Source of the DNA: Lingula anatina
Lineage: Eukaryota; Animalia; Brachiopoda
NCBI GenBank assembly: GCA_051362555.1
Contig: CM120647.1
Coordinates: 5,828,001 to 5,892,000, forward strand
Length of the DNA stretch: 64,000 nt
Direction: 5' to 3'
Part shown: positions 1 to 13,689 of the stretch, in pieces
Position numbering within the stretch: position 1 is the first letter of the stretch
Layout of the letters: every line of letters starts with the position of its first letter
Notes under the pieces: generated by a model
The model's database searches: none
The model's input: only the letters and a program-made list of their open reading frames with translations
What the model was told of the DNA's origin: nothing
Position numbers and translations under genes: made by a program

Positions 1-869
1 TAACAGTGGCCCGCACTGGATCCACAGCTAAATGGCTACTGGCGGCCATCTTGGATTTGGCCTGTTTCCGGTACAAACGGACACTTTTTCAAGCCGGAAA
101 CAAGCAGAAATGAAAAATTCAGGTTCTAAACTACAAGAATCAATCATAAAACCTTTGCCTGACGGGGGGTGCAGCCAAATCCTTAAATAAGGCCTTTTTT
201 TCAATTTGGCTCATGGACTAAAAGTTGTATTGTGGATTTAGTAAGCATTTTTTGATATTTGAGTTGTTTGAGTTATTTGTACTGTGAGATTTAACAATCA
301 TGCATTCACTTAACGTTAGTAGTATTGTGGGTGGATTTAGACCGACAAACCTTCAAATGGATGCATTAATGGGCACATGCATGTGTTACATATGTATATG
401 TTCTAGGTTTGGTTTATAATCGAAAGCTATAGATATAGTACAGAAACTAGGGATGTCGCAAAAAATGCAATCACGTCTCAACAACCGCAATCAATGTAGT
501 GTCTCCCCCCACCCTATTACACCTTAGTCTACAGCTACCGTAGGTGATTTTGGTGTGCACAGTGACCTGTTCCTGACTGAGAAGAAACGGTGCACATACA
601 AAAACAAAATGTCACGTAGCCCAGAGTGTGAAAACCCAGACGACGATATATAATATTCAGTCCTAGAACGCTAAGAGACAGGTTAAGGTTAAATAGAAGG
701 GGCAGAGTGCCAAGATTTTCAGTAATAGCTAAGGTGAAATTAATATGCGGGAGTCATTAGTACTGTGGCTGCCTGGGTGATATAAGATTATGAACTTTCC
801 CTGCAGCGGCACAGTAATTAAATCTCGTCTCAATGCGACCGGCCGAGGGACGACGCGTGTGGAGGAGTG

Positions 870-980
870 TGAGAGGCGAAGAGACCATTACAGGATTAAA
901 CGGTCTTCCTTTCATTTAGGTCCGCCATATTTAGGCCGTGGACCAGCTAGCACTCGGTTCCTCTCATTCTGAATGGTCCC
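870..980. repeat. Dispersed ~110-bp repeat (also 3760-3870, 18390-18500, inverted at 2920-3005)
   Basis: Shared core gagaccattacaggatt..cggtcttcctttcat.taggccgccatatttaggccg..agctagcactcggct.cttctca.tctgaatggtccc. Confidence 0.7.
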
Positions 981-1365
981 TTAGTAGATTGATTTCCTCT
1001 TTTACTGAAGTGAACTTATTTAAACGTAAAGCTGACAGCATTAAATGAATGACACTATTACACTAAGGGGCAGGCAGTATTATCGTAAAGCTATATTGTT
1101 TGCTTGTGAATCAACTGTTGTAGTGGCCTATTTGTATTTAAACGTCGTATGTAATTCCTTTTGATTTCTCAAACACCCCATATCCTTTATTCTCAAATGG
1201 TTTCCTTGGTTTACACAAGCACAGTAATGCAGGCGGTCGTTAACAATCAGTTGGGAGGTTGAGAGAGACACAAAGGGAGAACAGATCATGGACCATGTAG
1301 TTTCAGACCTTATATATCTGAATATCTGATACATTAACATAAAAAGGTAACGTTTTTTCTCAACT

Positions 1366-4300
1366 CTACGCGAGAATCTCAGACCAACTGGCAGCAGGCG
1401 GCATTCCACAAACTGGAAGACAAGAAACAACGGTTTGAAAAGAAACTACAAGAAAATATCTAGTACATAAATCCTATCAATTGAAAATCTTTAAGTTATA
1501 ATAATCATTTACTTCGAAACGGGATTAATTCTTGATTGATTAAATCCTATATATGCAAAAATATTCATGAATCATAGGATTACAATGATAGCAATTACTT
1601 ACTTCGGAAAAAATAATTAATGAAACAGACACTTTGTCACAAGAACTAAATGCCAACGGGCCGTTTGGTGATGGAAGACCTTTGAATGATTCTCACTCGG
1701 GGTAGTAATTGGGAGAACGGTGTGGATTGAGATGGGGGGAGAAGCAGATTATTTACAGGTACCTTGTCTCTTTTCAAGGTGCCTTATGACCTGTGGCCAT
1801 TCAGCCTGAAGATGCCCTCATGACGAGTGAAACGTAGCGAAACTGTTTCTTTATTCAGGTTTGCTCTTAAGTAAGTGATTATCATTATTAAAACGCTAGT
1901 TGATAGTTATCACTAGGACCATGAACAAGCTTTTATAAATATAATTTTATTACCTGTTGATGTATTTATACGATCATTTTATATCAAATTATTATTTGAA
2001 AAGGAAACGGCATTCTCTTTATTTGATTTCTACATGTAGATAATGCTACTAAACTCAACTAACACAATCGTCATAGCACACCTGGTCAAAGCTAACACAA
2101 CAAATCATATTTATATAATCCACATACCTCCAGTATGTTCCATTTCCATGAACCTCTTTCCTCTCAGGCATGGGTCCCGGGAAATACGGTTTAACATTCT
2201 AGCCACATTTCTGGGGTTGAAGCACAAGAACCGGCTTAAAAGGTGGTATGTGCTTTCCCCGAGTTCTGGGTAGTAATGACGGGTCAAGATGAAGTGATAG
2301 TCGGTATCCACAATATTAGTGTAAAACATAATGGTACCATCTGAAAGGACAGGAATACATTTAATAACTACCAGTAGAGGCAAAATATCTCAAAAAGATC
2401 ATTAAAAATCCAAAAAAAAAGATGATTCTTGAGAAGAGAAGAGGTATTAACAAATTTAATTGAAGATTTTCGTCAGGGGATGCTGTGCTTTACTTGAACA
2501 ATGCAAGAAAGGCCATATTACTACATTAGTGAAATGTGCATTTTAATGTTTAATAATTAAAATTAAATGAAAATTCGAATAAATATATTCAGATAAATTT
2601 TTCACTTTTTACAAAAGAACATTGCAAGTGGAGTATCAACCAGGAGATATTTCAATAAATAATATAATGTTAGCAATTTAAATACGTCTAAGAGCGCATT
2701 CAGAACAGCGGACTAACAGATCACCTGATTAAATATGGTCCACCCACTTAAATGCTTGTTGCATAATCCCCGCCGGGAATCTTTTCCGTGTCTAATCGGG
2801 AATGAGGCGGCAAGTTTATTAGTGGGCCGCCATATTTGATCAGCGGATCTGTTTGTCTGCTGTTCGAAATGCGCTCTAAGCTCGTTATGGCCCCAGACTT
2901 GTTTGAACTACTAAGGGAGCACTCACATCGAGAAGAGCCGAGGTCTAGTAAGGCCGCGACCTAAATATGGCGGACCTACGTGAAAGGAAGACCGCAAATC
3001 CTGTTAATCCTCAATTCAGGTGTGGCACCCAGGGCCCACCAAACGTGTTAGTTATAAATAAGAACGCATTCAAAAATGAGATTTTCTTAATATTATATCC
3101 TGCATGACGTACTCCAAAACTACCAATACCTTATCACTATAATGTTGTGCAAAAGAATGCTATAAAAATGAGCACCAGTGGCCAAAAAATACATCAGCTT
3201 CAACCTTCACGACATCAAGAGTTTCAGATCTAAACGCCTATTCCCGCTAGGGTGCAGACAGTGTAATCAGCTTATTTGTCTGGCACACACCCCTCGCAAA
3301 GAAGCATGAACAACATCGTGGACCACAAAGTTTCCCCAACTTTACCCAAGTTTTTTAAGTTACGAGGGGGACGTGCCAGACATTTAAGCCGCTTAAATTA
3401 ATGCGATTTAGCGATAATTTCCGAGGAGTAAGATCAATCTGTCTAGCACGATAGGGTTATGGGAATGGTCCCATAAGCAGAAGGAACATTGGAGACCATT
3501 CCTGAGACTCTCTGAAACACGAGATAGGCTACAATGCATAATGCTACAATGCACAAACTTACCGTCTTTTGTTGCAGCATATCCTTTGCGTCCTTCTGTT
3601 GCAATATACGTGAATTCAAATACGTTGCAAGTGTCTTCATTTGACCAGCTGAAACAAAAAAGCAGAATCGGTATCAAAGACGTGTGCTTTGACCTGGTTA
3701 TAAATCGCCCATTGAGATAAATAGCGGATCTAGGAAAGATGCCATACCTTCAGGCGTGAAAGAGGCGGAGAGACCATTACAGGATTAAGCGGTCTTCCTT
3801 TCATGTAGGCCCGCCATATTTAGGCCGTGGAGCAGATAGCACTCGGCTCTTCTCATTCTGAATGGCCTCTATGACGGCGGAAGGCTGTGCTTTGCTGCTG
3901 GCGGTTATGGAGAGTCTGTCCAGTTCATCCCAGACATGCTCAATGGGAGACATGTCTGGTCTGAAGAAGAAGAAGTCTATATCTGCTCCTGCTGCAGGTA
4001 CACCTGTTTTATCCCGGTGTAACGAAACTGGGGTCCGTGTATCAGAAAACCCGCCCTCCATATAGTTATAATGGTTAGGGTTAGTCTGACATATGTGGAT
4101 CAAAATCTAGAGTGAGGCTGTACCTGTACAAATGAATGGGACGAGGACCCTCTGATATGGGGGCTCTCTGTCACGTACGTTACGCCGGTTATTATTGGGA
4201 CAGGCATTGTCGTGCGGGGGAGCAAGCGTAGAGTTGGGTGTTGATGAACGGATGGCACAAACACAGCGAAAGTCTTGAAATTGCCACTTATGCCCGCCCA

Positions 4301-5627
4301 AACCTCAACACTGTGCCCATGGCAATGGCCAATTGCACTACCCCTGTCAAGATCAAACAGCCATGAAATTATGTCAGCATGGAATTCAGTCTCCTAAACT
4401 TAGTTTTCAGATTTCAATGTCCACTAGAATTGAGTGTTTACAACTGAATAATGCAAGTTGTTTGTCCCAACTTGTGTTGAAATGGAATGGAAACATCTAA
4501 AGTTTAAAATCTAAAAAAATCTAAAGTCAGCCATTGTCTGGAATCAGCGTATCAGTATGTTACTGCAGGTCTGAGGGGGTGTTCCGTCACTGAATACAGA
4601 GACCATGCCAACAGATTTTGAGCATTTTGAAGCATTGTTGTCAAGACAAAAAGTTGCGCTTTTTTAAGTGGCTAGTATTTATACAGAATAAAATCTCGAG
4701 CTCAGTAGCCTGAACTGAAAGAGTTTGACATAATCAAAGTGTCTGATTAGTAGTGTATGAAAGGGCCATATACTGTGAAATGGCCTAAATAATTCTGATG
4801 TTTGTTATATCATTCAATACACATATTTATTGGATTTTTAACTTATACTAGCGAATTCGGGTTATTAAAATGGTGGCTCTATAAATTCGCGCTTGCCATC
4901 GGCTAATATTATTTCTGACCCACCTCTCTTCTTAGTCACGTTGATTTTACGTTATCTCGGGAGAAATGGGACTATTTCGAATGATCCATACTGCTGTACT
5001 AGTGCGAGTCCTTACCTACTAGATCTTTGGACTCTAAATGCAGGACCTCCATTGTTCTCATCCAGGTAGGTCACATTAGTGTGGCCGTTCGTCAGATACC
5101 TTGATTCGTCGTGCGTGTACAGTTGGGTGACCACCAACTCCCACCACACTCCATTTAACTGGTCATAATAATAATAATAATAAAAAAAATAATAAATAAA
5201 TAAATAAATAAATAAATAAGTAATGATAATAATGGTAAATACGCTATTCATACCTCTTTCCGATGAACTCCGCACTTGATGGTAAAAATTAAATATTAAA
5301 ATATAATAATGTCTCATTTTTACCATCAAGCGTTCATGTCCATTAGAGTTGTTTTAAACAATGAAGACTTAGAACACAATAACGAGATCATGAAATGACA
5401 TTTCTGGATAGGTTTTGCAATCAAACATTTTTAATGAATTTTTGTTTCATCTAAATCGAGATCTCACACACATGCTTTGCCTTTAAGGGACTTACCTTAG
5501 CCGGATCAAGGCCGGTCATTGGACCCATGTTACACTTCTCATGAAAAGGCAAAGAACTGGACATTTTTCCTGTCGACACCAAGGTTATCACACTGCAAGC
5601 TGTCAATAGGAAGAGAGACCCCGGCAT
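1366..5627 (-). CDS. Secreted lipocalin (ApoD-like), array copy 1, 206 aa, 5 exons
   Basis: Exons 5627-5496, 5158-5016, 3648-3563, 2340-2128, 1412-1366, all GT-AG, splice in frame to MPGSLFLLTACSVITLVSTG...LDPAK|LNGVWWELVVT...|SWSNEDTCNVF...KD|DGTIMFYTNIVDTDYHF...YHLLSR...DPC...EHTG|VCGMPPAASWSEILA*. Signal peptide plus lipocalin SCR1 (GVWWE), SCR2 (TDY) and SCR3 (LLSR). Confidence 0.9.
2692..2876. mobile_element. Harbinger-like MITE
   Basis: TIR gagcgcatt..gaacagc.gac.aacagatc with a TAA duplication. Confidence 0.7.
3880..4683 (-). mobile_element. Tc1-like remnant in lipocalin 1 intron 2
   Basis: PDMSPIEHVWDELDR (Tc1 SPDLNPIE-type motif) at about 3910-3960, and a Tc1-like terminus near 4648-4683. 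Boundaries approximate. Confidence 0.6.
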
Positions 5628-5809
5628 TTTGTTGTCGTGAGATCAACGCGTATCCAGGCAATGTTTAACGGGATAATAGATAACTATAGTGCCACGGTAA
5701 ACGGTTAATTTGGGTCTTGCTGTTCTGACAATACGCCGAATAGCCAAATATGGTGCTTGCGTTATTGCAACTATTACCTCGGAAGACGGACGGTTAACTG
5801 AGGCCTGGC

Positions 5810-5925
5810 GTCTCTTTTTATAAGATAATGTTGTCATTTGAACCTCTATGAAGATGCACAGTTCAGTGTAACCAATCACATGGTTTCTTTTAATTGGCTT
5901 AGGGCAGAATAGCCAATGGCAGCAT
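5810..5925 (-). promoter_or_regulatory. Lipocalin core promoter: TATA box plus two CCAAT motifs
   Basis: Minus-strand TATAAAA about 190 nt 5' of the ATG, followed by accaatc and agccaatgg. A similar arrangement occurs upstream of copies 2, 4, 5 and 6 (about 12460, 27100, 35117, 44041); the TATA is degenerate in copy 3. Confidence 0.6.
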
Positions 5926-7688
5926 TCCGTTCAATACTTTCTGAACCGTTGTGTTCGAGCCGAAAGTATCCTTCATCGAACTGGGTCTGCCTAGTTCTGT
6001 CGTGTTGATCCACAATACCACCGAATTTAAGACAAAAACCGTTAAGTTCAACAAATCATAAACGAAAAATATTGCATACATAGAAGAAATAAAACCCGCA
6101 TGGCAAATATAACGCTACAAGTTATCATGTTGTTTCACCTACCAGTATTAAAATTTCCAGCGGGTTGTGATGCTGGCAATGTATAACTTAACTGGTGTCT
6201 GCTATTTACGGTTCAAAGTCCTCAAGTATGTCAATTTTGAATCTATCCAGATTACTTGCAGGACCAATGGTCTGAGCAGCTACTGTGACCATCAAAATTA
6301 CCAGATTTGAAGCCTATAATCTGTGGGAAGCCAGTACTCGCCGAATCAACGGCCTACTGGTCCTACAACATATCTGAACCAAACTGGACAAGCTATGCTC
6401 GATAATATTATTATTCCAGTTCAAAATCCAAGAAACATGTCACAAGGAATACCTTGCCGTTATTGAGCCCTGGTAGCAGCCAGATGAGGCCAGACAAACC
6501 ACTGACCGTTGAAGTGGCTAGACACTAATTTTAACTCTTTCAAAGATGATAATGTGGAAAATATGGAGATTGCACGGTTTATTTATTAACGGTTGCTGTT
6601 TAACTAAGAACCAGCCATGTACACACATTGGACAATAGAAGTGTCAAGCCCTGAATCATAGTAATCAAAGTTATAATGCCCGGGCTTCTTATAATGTGAC
6701 TAATGAGTATAAAACCGCTGTACCATGGGGTTGTACTGTTGGTCTTTTTGTGAAATTTGATGTAAATAAAATGATACCAGGAGCATGTGATTCCACAGGC
6801 ATTTATCTACCCCAGTAGGGGTGACACTTCTATTGTTCAGCGTGTGTATTTCTGTTTGCTTTATGAGGTGGATTCAATTAAAGAACTGATGTCAAAATTA
6901 CACTTGCAAATATAATTAAAAATAATTAAAAGAAGATTCAACGACTTGTTGTCATTTATAAGTCGGAGAAGTAGAACAAAAATCAATATTTAATAACAAC
7001 TCTGTACATTATGCAGATATTTTCAGAGCAACATAGAAAAGTTAAAGGCTACTTAGAGAAAGGAAAATCTGGTAAGTCCTTATGTTGTAAGTTATCTACA
7101 AACCAAGTCTAAACATATCATGTTTTTTTATCAGAAACTATGGATAAAAGGTGGAATGTATTTTTAAAATAGGATGGATCCCATACCAGGATTGAAATGC
7201 GGGTACATATACTGTTGAATCAAAATGTGTTATGCGTATACAAAGTATGTGTGAAAGCCCATTTAAACTTACATCACTCACTAAAAAAATTAAGTGGTAA
7301 ACAGGCAATCAAGGTTTATTTGACTTTCACAATAACAGTTGCATAATGAAATTTTGTACTCCCTGTGCTGTTTCTTACCAAAGACCAAAACGTAGACAGA
7401 TTTGCTCCAGACATTATTAAATAGGTGACTATATTTACCCATTCACTGTTGAGAGTCATTTTGATGGCATGACATAAATTTGTCTTTGAACATACGAACA
7501 TTATATTCAGTATGGCAGCAAATGAGGGAGAGTGAGTATTAGTTTTGAGTTTAGAGAGAGAAAGAGAGAGAGAGATTGATAATTAAGACATTAGTACTGA
7601 ATTTAGCTTCAGACTTTTACTACAACATTTAGTGACGAAATATCATGAGAAAATATTGTTTGAGGCCACGTGACGGGAGAAATCTCGC

Positions 7689-8105
7689 TTATTCGAGAAT
7701 CTCGGTCCAAATTGCAACGGGAGGCAGCCACTGTGAAAATCTTTAACACTATACTTACTCACTAACTCAATAATCTAGTGACGTGTGTAGAAATCCTTTT
7801 GAGGAATAAACAATTCGGAGACCCAATAAAGGCACGTTAATTTAAATAATAATCAAACTTATAGAAATCAACATTCTGTAAACAAAGATACACATATGTA
7901 GCCAGCCGGTCACAACTAGCGCAATGTTTTAGCACAACCAGTCACAACTAACGCAATGATTTAGCACATCCAGTCACAATTTACACAATGGTTATAGCAT
8001 ACCTGGTCAAATCTATCACAACATTTATATAATCTACATACTGTAACTCAAGTATGTTCCATTTCCATGAACTTCATTGCTCTCAGACATGGGAAATACG
8101 GTTTG
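7689..8105 (-). pseudogene. Lipocalin relic: exon 5 plus 3' part of exon 4
   Basis: 7689-7730 reads LPPVAIWTEILE*. 8036-8105 reads NRIS..PCLRAMKFMEMEHT with a deletion and a stop. It directly abuts promoter-like sequence (8140-8330), so exons 1-3 are deleted. Confidence 0.8.
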
Positions 8106-9798
8106 AAGGGGGACAGCACACGTGACAGAGGCAACTAATTACATATAATATTTCATGGGGTTCTGTTCATGACATGGAAGAGCCCTTGGTATCATTTATT
8201 TCATTTATTCCTTATGTGCCCATTCGATAAGACCCGATGTCAATGTCAACCTTGATTTAAATTAATCCCTCCCACTTATATTATGTTGATGCGTAACAGA
8301 GCAAAATATGCGTCAGAAATCAGAAAAGGTCCACCGAATCTCAAATCATATTTGCATTTACAGTCGAAACTGGATTCGCTTTAGACTCTACTTATAAGTC
8401 TAATGGGACGAGTACAGTATTTTGCTTTGAATTCTTGAAATATATCAAGACAGGATTTCAGTTCAATTAAACGTGTTATCAGTGTTCTGAAGCACTGATA
8501 CTTATTCAGCCTGGGATCACCCAGTGCAATTACAATACCACAGGTTATACTGTTGTTTGAAATTAAAGTGCCTTACAGTGTATTATGATGCGGACACTTT
8601 TTGAAGTTGAAGAAGTGCCTTTCGACTATATATATATTGGATTATTACAGTGGCAGATTTGCAATGCAGGCACATATATGTTTTCTAGCTTGCATGACAC
8701 ACTCAAAAAATTCGACCAAATGTTTTATACCACTAGCAATTAGTGCATTTATTCCAGGAATATTGGAGTACCAGTATATAAAGCAACACCGATGACAGGA
8801 TATAGTGTAGTGTTTTGTAGTGTTCGTGCCGTTTCTGTAAAATGATAAAAAATGGAGACTGGTGTAAAACGGAAATTGTTGAATAGGACACCGTTAAATA
8901 TGACTGTTGAAAATGAACAAATGTTCATAAGACAGGATTTGCTTAACTTATTAATTTTAAAATTCTCGATTATTTATTCATGTAGATATACGATAAATAT
9001 GACTGAATATGTGTTCGACAAGTTCATTTTTTGAAAAAAATTAAGGATTTTATCAGCATCAATTATCTCCATTTTATTTTTATTCTGTTTTTATTTTGCA
9101 CATTAGCGCAATTATATATTATATGAATATGTCAAAGGCTATAGGCTCAATTTATTGAGGAATAGTTCAATTCTGCCTAGGCCCAGTATTAATTGGGAGT
9201 AACGCATTGTTAAAAGTCATATGCACGAGTTTGAAAATGTCCCACAGTTATAATTAAATCCTGCAAAGCTCCTTGTATTTTCCATCATTTAAGGTTTTTA
9301 TAAGATGGCTAAGATGGCTGCCAAACACTATACTTTCTTCCACACATTAGGCCTTAAACATGGGGTCATTATTTCAACTTATTGGTGCACTAGAGATGTA
9401 AGTATTATTCCATTTACCTTTGAAGTTTATTTATACCCTTTTATAAATCCAGTAATGTCGTCAGCAGTCACATTTGTTGCTCCAAAAATCGAATGATGTC
9501 ATACTTCATACTAGCTTCAAACGCCATCCAAAGTGTTAAATGTACTTTTTCCCCTAATTAAAAGAATTTTAGCTACCATGTAATGTGACAAACATTTAGT
9601 TTCTTTGGTTGAGAAGGATTGCAAACGGATATTTGTCTTTGGAGTATTATATTCACAATTAAAAAGAGAGAGGGGGATAGAGTACAATACCACAGACCAT
9701 TAACATAATACTTTTAGATTCAGACATTTATTTATCTCAGTTAACGGTGAAATAGAGTCTGAAATAATTTTGTGTTTATGTGATAAGGGGAATTTCAC

Positions 9799-10707
9799 TT
9801 ATTCGAGAATCTCAGACCAACTGGCATTGGGAGGCATCCCGCAAACTGAAAAAAGTTTTAATGAGACACCATTAACATATTAAAAAACAAACATAACTTG
9901 ACTGTTAACGGCTGAATATAAGGTAATAGAACTGTTTTTTTAGTTTTTCAAAGTAAATTATACCCTTATTCAAATCTTATTTGATTGGGATATTTTAACT
10001 TAGATAAGATGAGTACATGTAAACCCATTACAATGTTTAATCGCATCCGCTTATATTTGAAGCGATGTTAAACAATACGCAGTCACCCATAAAAGAATTT
10101 CATCTAGTCGCACCCAACACAATTTTATAACACACTCAAGGACAACTAAAACACTGATACAGCACCCAGTCACAACTAAAACAATGTAAAAGCGCACACA
10201 ATCACAATAATTTCATGGATCGTGACTATTCCTTCATACCTCCAGTATGTTCCATTGCCACATACTTCTGTTCTCTCATACATGGGTCCGAAGAAATACG
10301 GTTCAACAATGTAGCAACGTCGCTGGGACTGAAGCACAAGTGCTGGCTCCAGAGGTGGTATGTGCTCTCGCCAAGTTCTGGGTAGTATTGGCGGCACAAA
10401 ACGGAGTGACCATTTGTTTCTACAATGGTTTTGTAATACATAATGGTCCCATCTGAAAGGAAGGAAATTTAACTAGAGTAAGAGACAAGGTGTTTCAAGG
10501 AATTTGTTGAAATTATCATTGAGGAAGGAGAGAAATATCAGCAAATGCAACTTTTCAGAGAGCCCAGACAAGCAACTAAGTAACACAATTGAAATGATTT
10601 TTAATAAGCTCAATTATCATTTTCAATTTTAATTAGATCAAATTAAAACTTAAATACCGCCAAATCAACCTTTAGCCAGTTCTTTGTAAGTATATGATCA
10701 CAAAAAG

Positions 10708-10754
<47 letters not shown>

Positions 10755-11869
10755 TTGATCTTGGACCAAAATTTCAGAGGTCACCAGAAAGTCTTGTCTA
10801 GGAGTAAGCTTCCTTTTAGCCCTTTTCAGTGAGTTTTTTAAAAAGTCCATGAAACACGGCGAATGCTTCATTAGACAAACTTACCGTCTTTTGTGGCTAC
10901 AAGCACTCCCGGTTGTTCTGTTTGAAAATAATTGAAGTCAAACTCGTCGCACGTGTTCTCATTTGACCAGCTGTAAAACAAAATGAGAACCAAGACTGAG
11001 TGCTCAATGATTTTGCTTGAGACCGTGTGCCTTACTTATTTATGTCACCATAGAACTAACCAGGGCGCGATTGGACGCTCAAATGCGCCACAGTGGACGC
11101 TCGAAAAAAGGTCGTACAAGGGAGCGTGTCGGGTCGTCAAGAACACTCTGATCGCCACAAAGTTTTCCGTGTGTTCAAGACAATTCCGTATATGGGTCAT
11201 CTCAAAGCATTTCGCTGCTTAATTTACAACCATTTGTCGGATCCTCCAAATAGGATTTATTTTGAATTAAATGAATATCGTCTATATCTAAATGTTTGGG
11301 AATATTGCACAGATATAACCTAGTATATTGGAATTCATATAGTTATTATTATAATGAGTGATGTCACATGAGACAAGGGTAAATGTTAACTCGGTCCTGG
11401 TTTGAAATAGAAATGAATATTTCCGCTGAGTTGTCGTCTTAGGAGGAAATACAAATCTGACGTGAAATACACGGTTGCTTTCTCATGTTTAACATAAGAC
11501 TAATTCGTATCATAAGTGAAACCAAAAGGCCAATATCATCGGAAAAAATTATCAGCTTCTATTTGGGAACTCTCTTGTCTTCTTTCATTTTAGAGCCTAC
11601 TCTTTAAAGCTCCTAAAGTCTTGTTTTCTATCAAACCAAGGAATTGTATCCGATATAATTCCCTGATCAAACTAAGTTGCGAAGAATTGTCACTATATCG
11701 ATTCATCTTTGTTGTTCTTACCTTCTAAACCTGCGCATTCTTAAGCCTGGGCCGCCGCTGTTCTCATCCAGGTAGGTCACATTTAAACGACCGTCCTGCA
11801 GATATCTAGACTCGTCGTGCGTAGACAGCAGGGTGACCACCAACTCCCACCAAATTCCATTGAACTATT

Positions 11870-11912
<43 letters not shown>

Positions 11913-12251
11913 TCAACAACAACAGCAACACTTACAATAATAATAATAATAGTGATAATAATAACAATAATAACAGAAACGTTAACAATTATAATAATAA
12001 TACTTAAAGTTTTATAGTTTTTAAGGTTTTGAATTAAGAAGGAACATATCCTGTTTTAAAAGAAAAATGTATTTTAATCTATGCAAACATGTAACATGTA
12101 TACTTTTTAATGGACGTACCTTACTCAAATCAAGATCCGTGATAGGATCAAGGTTGCACTGCTTAAGAATAGGCATAAGCCTGGCCTTTTCCCTTGACGA
12201 CACCAAGATAACTACACTGCAAGCAACCAGCAGAAAGAGTAACCTGTACAT
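9799..12251 (-). CDS. Secreted lipocalin, array copy 2, 206 aa
   Basis: Exons 12251-12120, 11864-11722, 10970-10885, 10452-10240, 9845-9799, same lengths and phases as copy 1. MYRLLFLLVACSVVILVSS...DLDLSK|FNGIWWEL...|WSNENTCDEF...|...VETNGHSVLCRQ...LWSQ...|VCGMPPNASWSEILE*. Confidence 0.9.
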
Positions 12252-13558
12252 TTTGCTGCTATGAGATACACACGTATTCAAGCAGTATCACGTAGATGAG
12301 CTGACAATAATTGATAGCGGTGACCTGCAATAAATAGTGCCTCGATAGCCTGCTTTCTCGAGCCCTACGGTTCTGCTTATAGACTGAATGAACAATACAG
12401 ACCTTGCACTATTATGATTATATCTGCGGTACTTGCGCGGTTAACTCAACCGGCCTGTCGTTTTATACAAAAATGTTGTATTTCCGACCCATGACAGTTC
12501 GACATTGACAAGGCTAACCAATTATATGGCTTCTATTTATGAGATTTTGTTGATGAGCCAATGGTATCATTCTTTTCAACACTTCCTCATCCCCTGTTGG
12601 ATGTGACCTAGCCAATGTCAACCTTGCTTTTAATCGAACCCACCCCAACCGCTGTGATCGGGCCGATGACACAATCAAATTAGATTAGTCCACCTCCCTA
12701 TTCCGTCGTTTTGACCCAGAACAGAGAAAAATGTAAGTCAGGAATCGTTACATTACAAATCAAGTAAACAGACTGGGACCACACAGAACAAGACAATTAA
12801 AACCAATGACTTTAAAAAGACATAAGCTTTTCATTACGAAGAAGAACACCGGTAGTCATTTTCGGGGAAAAATATCATTAAGCCAAGATGGGCTGCAACT
12901 GCAAATGAATTTCAATTAACAGCCACTCTCAGATGGGGAGATATTGCCACAGTTTTTATCGAGTCTAGAAATATCATTGCTTACCTGAAAGTGAAATAAA
13001 AATTTTACATTGGAAATTGGATAATTACAGTGGAAGTTTGAAATGCAGGCACATATACAGTATTGACTGACATACACGTGTCTGGCACTTTCGTGTGAAG
13101 GCCGCTTTTTATAGTATCACTCGCATAATAAATTCGACATACCATTTAATATTTTACCTGCAGCAATGTCGTAAGCAGCTACTCAGTTCTGATATAGGTA
13201 TAACAACGGGAAAAACGATAAAAAAGCTAGACTATAATGTTCTCTAGACATTATTTAATAGTGCCATGTCACTTAATGTGAAAGCGATGAGAACGTACAA
13301 AAGAGTATGATCACTTCTAAATGTTTATCCTAAAATAGTATTTATGTAAAGTGAAAAAAGGACACTATCGACTGATGCCTTGTTTGTGTGCTCTAAAAAG
13401 ATTATAACGTTTTTTAAGAAAAGAACTAGGAAGTAACCTTGGATATTGTAAAGTATAAGAACTTTGTTGTTAACCCCGGGAAAATCCTCTTTCAGAACTG
13501 AATAAAATTGTTTACTGTTAAATTTTAAATGTGACATCATGTTATTTATGGGCTAAAC

Positions 13559-13689
13559 TTCTAGACCTACATGCTAACTCCAGAACCGCCATTTTTCTCA
13601 TCCAAGTAAGTAATATTGATGTCGACTTTCTGCAAATACTTTGACTTCTGTCCTGTGCAGACGATCAACCCATACCACACTCCAGTTAA
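13559..13689 (-). pseudogene. Orphan lipocalin exon 2 relic
   Basis: Reads LTGVWYGLIV...YLQKVDINITYLDEKNGGSGVSM* with a stop and loss of the GT donor. No flanking exons found. Confidence 0.8.

Noticed and set aside
11817-12017. Poly-Ile and poly-Asn ORFs (also 33079-33318, 33802-34023)
   Set aside because: These are (AAT)n microsatellites in lipocalin introns.
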